A DNA stretch of 32,000 nt from Crocosphaera subtropica ATCC 51142 (GTDB lineage Bacteria > Cyanobacteriota > Cyanobacteriia > Cyanobacteriales > Microcystaceae), in the NCBI RefSeq assembly GCF_000017845.1, contig NC_010546.1, positions 2,820,001 through 2,852,000 of the forward strand, written 5' to 3'. Each line of letters starts with the position of its first letter. Positions within the stretch are counted from its first letter, which is position 1. The position numbers and the translations under genes are program-made. Shown one piece after another: positions 25,452-32,000 of the stretch. The notes beneath the pieces were generated by a model. It made no database searches, had not been told where the DNA came from, and saw nothing but the letters and a program-made list of their open reading frames with translations.

Positions 25452-26663
25452 TCAGTTAATAATAGCTTCTTTTCCTTTTTCTATCCACACAATGGTTTTA
25501 ATGCCATTTTCTTGAGCATATTTTTTTATTTCTTCCTCATTTCTATTTTCTAAGTCAATGGTAACTCGTAGTGAGTTGTCATCCTTCCTTAGTTGTTGAG
25601 CATACTTTAAAGCTTCTATTTGGGATTCAGATGTTTTTGCTACCACTAAATAGTCAATTAGAAGAGGTTTTTGAGGTAAAATATCCGTTGATAACAAACA
25701 ACGATGTAAAGCCCCTACATTCAGGGAAAAACCAATGCCCGGAGCCGATTTCTTTTGAGGGTGATAGACCCCTAATAGTTGATCGTACCGTCCCCCCTGT
25801 CCTAAATTTTGTAGTTTATGATTAGTCTGCCCAATGGCTTTAAAAATAATCCCTGTATAATAATCAAAGGTTTGAATCAAACTCAAATCTAAGGTTAAGG
25901 GTAACTTGTAGGAGGTACTATGATTAACTAACTCGATTAAAGATTTTAAATTATTCAGACAGTGTTTTCCGGTTTGATCTAAGGTTAAATCAACCACTTT
26001 TGATAACACATCTTCCGGCTTTCCTCGTAAGTTAAACAGTAAGCTTGCCCGATGCTTTAATTCTTCATTGGGATAGGAAAGATTGTCTAATTTAACATAG
26101 TCCAAGGTAGCTAAACAATGACGAACTTCCTGACGTAATGCTTCAGGAAAGGGTGATAAGAGCGATCGCGTTAGCCCGGCATCTCCTAAGATAAGATACC
26201 AACTGGGAATCTGTAATTTCTGTAAACACTCAGCCACCAATAAAAGAATTTCTGCGTCAGCTAAGGTTCCTCCAGAAAATAATAATTCTACGCCGGCTTG
26301 ATAAAATTCTAATTGTCGGCCATGATGACCACTGGGAGGGTTACGAAAGACATTAGCCCGATAACACAGTCGTTGAGGATAACTGGTATTTGCCATCCTG
26401 GTTACTGCAGCACGAGCAACCGAAGCTGTTAATTCTGGTCGCAAGCCCAACTGTTCTCTACTATTATTGTGTAGTTGAATGACTGTTTCATCTTCAATAG
26501 CACCTCCTGCTTTGAGGGTATCTAATCGTTCGATAGTAGAAGTAACAATACGCTGATAACCCCATTGTCCAAAAACTTGTTGAAGGGTATCATTAATCCA
26601 AGCTTTTTGCACCACTTCTAGAGGAAGTAAGTCTCTTGCGCCGGCCGGTGGTTGATGAATCAT
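25452..26663 (-). CDS. hisZ: ATP phosphoribosyltransferase regulatory subunit HisZ
   Basis: Class-II aaRS-like (HisRS paralogue) motifs: PAGARDLLP, RLCYRANVFR, EFYQAGVELL, GGRYD. Length is about 400 aa with no anticodon-binding domain. Confidence 0.8.
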   Translation of the reverse strand: MIHQPPAGARDLLPLEVVQKAWINDTLQQVFGQWGYQRIVTSTIERLDTLKAGGAIEDETVIQLHNNSREQLGLRPELTASVARAAVTRMANTSYPQRLCYRANVFRNPPSGHHGRQLEFYQAGVELLFSGGTLADAEILLLVAECLQKLQIPSWYLILGDAGLTRSLLSPFPEALRQEVRHCLATLDYVKLDNLSYPNEELKHRASLLFNLRGKPEDVLSKVVDLTLDQTGKHCLNNLKSLIELVNHSTSYKLPLTLDLSLIQTFDYYTGIIFKAIGQTNHKLQNLGQGGRYDQLLGVYHPQKKSAPGIGFSLNVGALHRCLLSTDILPQKPLLIDYLVVAKTSESQIEALKYAQQLRKDDNSLRVTIDLENRNEEEIKKYAQENGIKTIVWIEKGKEAIIN

Positions 26664-26716
26664 AGAAGTTTTATTAAATTACCCCTCATCCATTATCTAT
26701 AATCTTGTCCACTTTT

Positions 26717-27631
26717 TTACTTTTTCTTTCCAAATAAACCAAAGAAACCCCCTCCTTGTTGTTTATCTGAAGATTTTGATTTGTCTGAGTCAGGCGCAAC
26801 TTGATCGAGTGCTTGTTTCGCTTGAATCACAATAGGATCTTGGGGATTAACTTTTCGTGCTTTATTAATATGAATTTTAGCCATGGTTAATTGTTTTTCT
26901 TTAAGATAAGCTAACCCCAATAAACCGTGGCAAGTGCTATTATTAGGATCTTCTTTTAAGGTTTCTCGCAATTCGATAATTGCTTTAGAAAGGTTATTAC
27001 GTTGAATATATTCTTGAGCGCGTTTGAGAGAAGTATCAACGGCTGATTTTTTATCGTCTTTTTTAGTTTCTCCTTGAGTAGAAGCAGAGGATCTTGTTGC
27101 TTTCGGTTCTGATTTTGGTGGTTTAGTTTTTGCTTTTGCTTTAACTTGTTCCCCTTGATTAAGCATTAAATAAATTAAATTTAATTCGCTAATTTGAGCA
27201 GTAATATAAAAAATATTGTCTAAATTATCATACTGTTGATTCACTAAAGGGGTTAAAAGTCGATGATAGGTTAATTCTCTATCTTGACTGGTTTGCAGAA
27301 GTTTTTGAGCTTCATCTGTAGCAATAGTGATACTGCTTAATTCATCAGCTAAATTGTATCCCATTTGGGACAAAACTAATTTATATTCATTACGAGAACG
27401 GTCTTTGGATAATGTTTCGTAAGCTGGATTAACTAATTTTGATAAAATTTTAGTCGCTAATTGTTTTTCTTTTTCTGTTTTTCCGTCAAAGGTATCAGGA
27501 TGGAGAATATAAGCTATTTTTAAGTATCGCTGGCGAATTTGCCGACTATCAGCATTAATGGGAACTCCCAATATTGCGTAGTGATCGGTTATATCATATT
27601 TAAAAAGTCCTTGTTCTATGGGAAAAGACAT
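26717..27631 (-). CDS. J-domain (DnaJ-like) protein with a C-terminal TPR region
   Basis: DHYAILGVPINADSRQIRQRYLKIAYILHPD contains the HPD tripeptide. The C-terminal AIIELRETLKEDPNNSTCHGLLGLAYLKEKQ is TPR-like. Confidence 0.8.
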   Translation of the reverse strand: MSFPIEQGLFKYDITDHYAILGVPINADSRQIRQRYLKIAYILHPDTFDGKTEKEKQLATKILSKLVNPAYETLSKDRSRNEYKLVLSQMGYNLADELSSITIATDEAQKLLQTSQDRELTYHRLLTPLVNQQYDNLDNIFYITAQISELNLIYLMLNQGEQVKAKAKTKPPKSEPKATRSSASTQGETKKDDKKSAVDTSLKRAQEYIQRNNLSKAIIELRETLKEDPNNSTCHGLLGLAYLKEKQLTMAKIHINKARKVNPQDPIVIQAKQALDQVAPDSDKSKSSDKQQGGGFFGLFGKKK

Positions 27632-27952
27632 AAAATTGACCGCTTATTTCTAAGATTCAATGTCCTATTTTCAGAGAGTTTTCCTGAAATATAAGATTGT
27701 AAATTAAGAGTTTTTTCTTGAGAATATGACATCATTTTTGTCATAGTTTAAGCAGCTTGCTTTTACTTTACTTGATAGATATATTGTTAGATGACAATCC
27801 ATATCAAGTCTCTTAGAAGTTTGTTACAAAGTGAGACTGCTTAAAGAGTCTTTCCCTGGATCATACCATTTTCTCCAGGGGTTTGCTACTTTTGACTATT
27901 GGTTAATCAATTTCCTCTTTGCTTCAGGATAGTTCAACAGGATGGTTATTTT

Positions 27953-28783
27953 CTAGGTGTAAAAAGCTTTTAACCAGGGTAAGGCTTCTGTTAACGCTTG
28001 ACTCAAACTATGATGGATCAGTCCATTGGTCGCCAATAAGCGTCCTGACTCTAATTTTAGGGGACTTTCATCGTAGGCGGTCACTTTGCCTCCTGCTTCT
28101 TCTAAAATAATGATACCGGCCGCTATATCCCAAGGACTTAACCCCCTTTCCCAGTAACCGTCTAACCGTCCACAGGCCACACTAACCATATCCAAAGAAG
28201 CTGATCCCCCTCGACGCACCCCTTGGGTCAGATGGGTTAAATAACAAAATTCTGGATAGTTGGTGTCTTTGGTTTCCCTGCGATCGTAAGCAAACCCTGT
28301 GACTAATAAACTGTTACTTAACTCGTTGGTTTGTGATACTTTGATAGGGCGATAATTCAAGGTAGCTCCTAATCCTTTGGCTCCTCGAAATAACTCTCTA
28401 CTAAAAGGATTATACACCGCACCAACAACCGGTTTTCCTTGCCATAATAAACCGATAGAAACCGCTGAAGCTGGATAACCATGAGCATAGTTTGTGGTTC
28501 CATCTAAGGGATCAATCGCCCATAAATAATCACTCTCATTGTTTCCTATTGTACCAGATTCTTCAGCTAAAATTTGATGAGTAGGAACTCTACATTTCAG
28601 GATATTTAAGACTGTTTCTTCGGCTTTTTTATCCGCTTCGGTAACCAAATCCCCTGGACGACCTTTTTCTTCAATTTTTTCTAATTGATCCACTAGATCC
28701 TCTAAAATAGTGCCAGCCGTCATTACGGCTTCTGTGGCAACATCTAGAAAGATTTGTAGTTCTTTTTTATCGGGAAATTCCAT
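27953..28783 (-). CDS. Inositol-monophosphatase-family phosphatase (SuhB/HisN-like)
   Basis: Motifs EESG, WAIDPLDGTTNYAHG, GSASLDM and PWDIAAG. Confidence 0.85.
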   Translation of the reverse strand: MEFPDKKELQIFLDVATEAVMTAGTILEDLVDQLEKIEEKGRPGDLVTEADKKAEETVLNILKCRVPTHQILAEESGTIGNNESDYLWAIDPLDGTTNYAHGYPASAVSIGLLWQGKPVVGAVYNPFSRELFRGAKGLGATLNYRPIKVSQTNELSNSLLVTGFAYDRRETKDTNYPEFCYLTHLTQGVRRGGSASLDMVSVACGRLDGYWERGLSPWDIAAGIIILEEAGGKVTAYDESPLKLESGRLLATNGLIHHSLSQALTEALPWLKAFYT

Positions 28784-29014
28784 GAATCATTGTAGGATAA
28801 AGGTGCTATATCTATTATTCCCTATGATTGAAAAATTGAAAATAGTCTCTATCAATTCCTTCATTCTACAGGGACCTAATTACATTAAGTCCCCAGTATT
28901 TTTTATTAATCAATACGGAATCAGTTTAGAGGAGAGCTTATGGGTTAAATAATTTCGACCATTTTAGACGTAGAGTCCTCCTGAATTGACATTTTTGTTA
29001 GTAACTTCTCATAA

Positions 29015-30838
29015 TTAACCCAGAAGAGCCGAAATTTTCGATCCTTGATAAAGGTCTAAAAATCGAGTTGCTTCTATGCAGTTTAAGGGTTGACTTAATA
29101 AATAACCCTGAGCTTCTTGACAATCTAAATTTTGTAATACATCTAGTTGTTTATGGGTTTCAACTCCTTCTGCAATGACCCGTAAATCTAAACTATTTCC
29201 TAAAGCAACTGCAGCTGAAATGATAGCAACAGTTTCTGGTTTTTCTGTTAGGGTTTGTACACAAGATTGAGCAATTTTTAATGTACCAAAAGGAAATTTA
29301 GGAAGATGATTAATACAGGAATAACCCGTACCAAAATCATCCATAGATAAATGAACCCCTAATTGTCTTAAATCTTGTAAGACTTGATAAGCAAGTTCTG
29401 AATTGGCCAGAATAGCTTTTTCTGTTATTTCTAATTCCAGCCAATGGGGTTCAAGTTTGGTTTCTCGTAATATTTGTTTAACGATATTGATAAAGTTTGG
29501 ATCTTTTAGTTGTAATGGAGAAAGATTAACTGACATAATAAAACTGGGTAATCCCATATCTTGCCAAGCTTTATTTTGACGACACGCTTCTTTTAAAATC
29601 CACTCTCCTATAATTAAAATTGAATCAGTTTGTTCAGCCACAGGAATAAATTTTTGAGGATTAATTTGACCTAATTCTGGATGATTCCAACGAACTAATG
29701 CTTCAACTCCAGAAATTTCTCCTGTTTTTATCTTGATTTGTGGTTGATAATAGAGTTCTAATTCTTGCTGGTTTAAAGCTTGTTGTAGTGCCGTTTTAGC
29801 TTTTAATAATTTAGAGGCTTTAAGATCGATAGTCAAATTCGATTTTTGATCCGATGATATCATCTCTTTTTTATGATTTAACAACTCCATTTCTGCTTTT
29901 CGTAAAAGAATGTTACTAGATTCCCCATCTTGAGGGTAAATAGCACAACCTAAACTATATTCTAAGTATAAAAGTGTTTTAGAAATTTCTAGAGATTTAC
30001 TAACATTTTTCAAAATCCTCTGAGTTATTTTCTCAATATCATCTCCGTGACTCATTTTAGGTAATAAAATAATAAATTCATCATCCCCCCAACGTGCAAC
30101 AATATCACTATCTCTCAAACTAGATTTAAGCCGTTGAGCAACTTCTACTAAAATTTTGTCACCCACAGGATAACCCCAGTTTTTATTGATGGTTTTGAAG
30201 TGATTAATATCTAATAAGAGTACTCCCATTGATGTATGATATTGTTTTGCATTTTTCAAGGAATTTAATAGATATTCTTTTAACAAAATTTTGTTCGGTA
30301 ATTTTGTTAAAGCGTCTTGATATTCTTGAGCTTTAAGGGTATCTTTCGGGTTAAGAACTTGAGAGTCATAATTAAAATCGATATGGGGTTGAGACAAGGA
30401 ATACTGACTATGCACTTCTGGGGAATTATTAGTTAGTTTATGAGGTTTAGTTTTCGTAATATCAGTAACTGTATTTGACCATTCATGACTTGCATAATAA
30501 GTGGCGTTAACTTCGCAACCAAAGTTAATTAAATCTCCATTTTTTAACTCTTTAATTAAACACTTTTCTCCATTGACATAAATCCCATTACGACTTTTAT
30601 TGCCATCTAAATCTCCATCAATAATCCAGTAGGAATAAGTATTATTACGATGATTTTTCCGTCTCATTAATGTACCATGACGACGGGAAGCTTGTTGAGA
30701 ACGAATAATAATAGAATTATTCGTATTTCTGCCAATAGAATAAGTTTCGTCTTCTAAAGATATGGTTTGTCGATATTTTTGATCTTCAATAACGATCAAA
30801 TGACGGTTTTCGTGAGAATAATTGATATGAGTATTCAT
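29015..30838 (-). CDS. FHA - degenerate GGDEF - EAL signalling protein
   Basis: FHA: YSIGRN..IIIRS...SRRHG.L.....YWIIDG...SRNGIYVNG. GGDEF domain with the A-site changed to GDDEF but with RDSD 5 residues upstream. EAL domain with EALVRW, DDFGTGYS and EGVE. I prefer the ATG at 30838 over the TTG at 30865. Confidence 0.85.
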   Translation of the reverse strand: MNTHINYSHENRHLIVIEDQKYRQTISLEDETYSIGRNTNNSIIIRSQQASRRHGTLMRRKNHRNNTYSYWIIDGDLDGNKSRNGIYVNGEKCLIKELKNGDLINFGCEVNATYYASHEWSNTVTDITKTKPHKLTNNSPEVHSQYSLSQPHIDFNYDSQVLNPKDTLKAQEYQDALTKLPNKILLKEYLLNSLKNAKQYHTSMGVLLLDINHFKTINKNWGYPVGDKILVEVAQRLKSSLRDSDIVARWGDDEFIILLPKMSHGDDIEKITQRILKNVSKSLEISKTLLYLEYSLGCAIYPQDGESSNILLRKAEMELLNHKKEMISSDQKSNLTIDLKASKLLKAKTALQQALNQQELELYYQPQIKIKTGEISGVEALVRWNHPELGQINPQKFIPVAEQTDSILIIGEWILKEACRQNKAWQDMGLPSFIMSVNLSPLQLKDPNFINIVKQILRETKLEPHWLELEITEKAILANSELAYQVLQDLRQLGVHLSMDDFGTGYSCINHLPKFPFGTLKIAQSCVQTLTEKPETVAIISAAVALGNSLDLRVIAEGVETHKQLDVLQNLDCQEAQGYLLSQPLNCIEATRFLDLYQGSKISALLG

Positions 30839-30895
30839 AATATTTGGATAATAAATGTGACACAAAGAACAATTGAAAAAATGAAAATGTTAAGG

Positions 30896-32000
30896 TTAGG
30901 GAAAACTTAAATATTTTTTGTGATTAAAACTGAGTAAATACTTTAAGATTTCTTCTGGGCTTAGGGGATGACTAAAGAAATATCCTTGCATTTCTTCACA
31001 GTCTAATTGCTGAAGCAAATTTAATTGGTTTTGGTTTTCGACCCCTTCAGCAATGACTCTCATGTTAAAGCCACGACTTAAGGTCATAATGGCAGAAATA
31101 ATTGATATATCTTCAGGACTTTGGTTGAGTTCTTTAACAAAACTTTGATCAATTTTAAGGGTATCAAAAGGAAACTTTTTTAAGTAGCCTAGAGAAGAAT
31201 ATCCTGTTCCAAAATCATCCATAGAAATATAAACTCCCATATCCCTTAGTTTATGTAAGGTTTTACTGGCTAAAGTTGTATTTTTCATCAAAATCGATTC
31301 AGTTACTTCTAACTCTAACCATCGAGGATCTAAACCTACCGATTCTAAGGTATTTTCTACGGTTTCAATTAGATTAGGTTGTTGCAATTGTTGTGCCGAT
31401 AAATTAACAGCAACTCTCACAGGCGGTAACCCCATTTTTTGCCATTTTTTATTTTGTTGACAAGCGGTTTTTAGAACCCATTCTCCCATCGGAAGAATTA
31501 ATCCTGTTTTTTCTGCAAGAGGGATAAATTTATTCGGTTTAACTAATCCCAGTTTGCTATTGTTCCAGCGTACTAACGCTTCTACACCATAAACTTGACC
31601 TGTTCTAATATTAATTTGCGGTTGATAATGTAGAATCAGTTCTTCATTTTTAATCGCTTCATGTAGTTGAGTTTCCAGAGCAAAATTCTCAGCAATTTCT
31701 AAACTCATTTCTGGGTCATAAAATTGATAATGATTTCGTCCTGATTCTTTGGTACGATACAAAGCAGAATCGGCATTTTTGAGTAGCATTTCTGTGTCTT
31801 TTCCGTCTTCAGGATAAAGAGCAATTCCCACACTACATTTAAGATAAATTTGATGTCCTTCTATATTTAATGGATGTTCAAAAGTATTCAGTAATCTTTC
31901 AGAAAATTTAGCAACTGCATCGGGATTTTCTATCTCTGAAAAAAGCACGACAAATTCATCTCCTCCCCACCGACACACTAAATCACTGTTTCGTACTTGG
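30896..32000 (-). CDS. GGDEF-EAL c-di-GMP signalling protein; the N-terminus lies outside the window
   Basis: The frame stays open upstream of the listed start to the window end (..QVRNSDLVCRWGGDEF). It has a canonical GGDEF with an RNSD I-site and an EAL domain (EALVRW, DDFGTGYS, LKIDQSF, EGVE). Confidence 0.85.
   Translation of the reverse strand, partial: QVRNSDLVCRWGGDEFVVLFSEIENPDAVAKFSERLLNTFEHPLNIEGHQIYLKCSVGIALYPEDGKDTEMLLKNADSALYRTKESGRNHYQFYDPEMSLEIAENFALETQLHEAIKNEELILHYQPQINIRTGQVYGVEALVRWNNSKLGLVKPNKFIPLAEKTGLILPMGEWVLKTACQQNKKWQKMGLPPVRVAVNLSAQQLQQPNLIETVENTLESVGLDPRWLELEVTESILMKNTTLASKTLHKLRDMGVYISMDDFGTGYSSLGYLKKFPFDTLKIDQSFVKELNQSPEDISIISAIMTLSRGFNMRVIAEGVENQNQLNLLQQLDCEEMQGYFFSHPLSPEEILKYLLSFNHKKYLSFP

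Noticed and set aside
25571-25825. 84-aa plus-strand ORF
   Set aside because: It is antisense inside hisZ.
28869-28895. Hairpin GGGAC-13 nt-GTCCC as a terminator of the FHA-GGDEF-EAL gene
   Set aside because: No T-tract follows it on the minus strand, which is the coding strand of both neighbours. The stem is only 5 bp.
27919-28952. Plus-strand ORFs 27919-28110 and 28710-28952
   Set aside because: Both are largely antisense to the IMPase-family gene and have no motifs.
1-32000. tRNA, rRNA or tmRNA genes
   Set aside because: I scanned intergenic regions by eye for T-loop-like GGTTCGAATCC-type motifs and cloverleaf-sized GC-rich segments and found none. A proper tRNA or covariance-model scan was not possible.

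Overview
This window reads as a chromosomal segment from a low-GC cyanobacterium. That is an inference from 7 perfect HIP1 octamers (GCGATCGC), heptamer tandem repeats, and the gene set crtQ, NnrU/Z-ISO-like, ycf30/rbcR-type LysR and hisZ. I can support 27 protein-coding genes. Two are cut by the window edges, most lie on the minus strand, and most have housekeeping or generic metabolic functions. Two selfish elements are clear. One is a 408-aa LAGLIDADG intein inside rtcB (410-1633). The other is a tnpA-less IS200/IS605-type tnpB element (about 10470-12040) between a pirin gene and a cupin gene. By eye I found no rRNA, tRNA or CRISPR array, and no recognisable multi-gene defence or natural-product system, so I do not claim one. 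The loci most worth follow-up are: (1) the rtcB intein, inserted two residues before the catalytic His motif; (2) the tnpB element, whose protein keeps the RuvC D/E/D residues but has lost all four zinc-finger cysteines, and which carries three copies of a two-tier hairpin, one of them in frame inside the ORF; (3) an AT-rich orphan membrane gene with a perfect 15+15 bp AT palindrome upstream, sitting between crtQ and the Z-ISO-like gene; (4) an operon-like pair of divergent FAD oxidoreductases with a glutaminase; (5) several fold-back or dispersed repeat modules in intergenic regions. All functional calls rest on motif recognition in the supplied translations. No database search was run.
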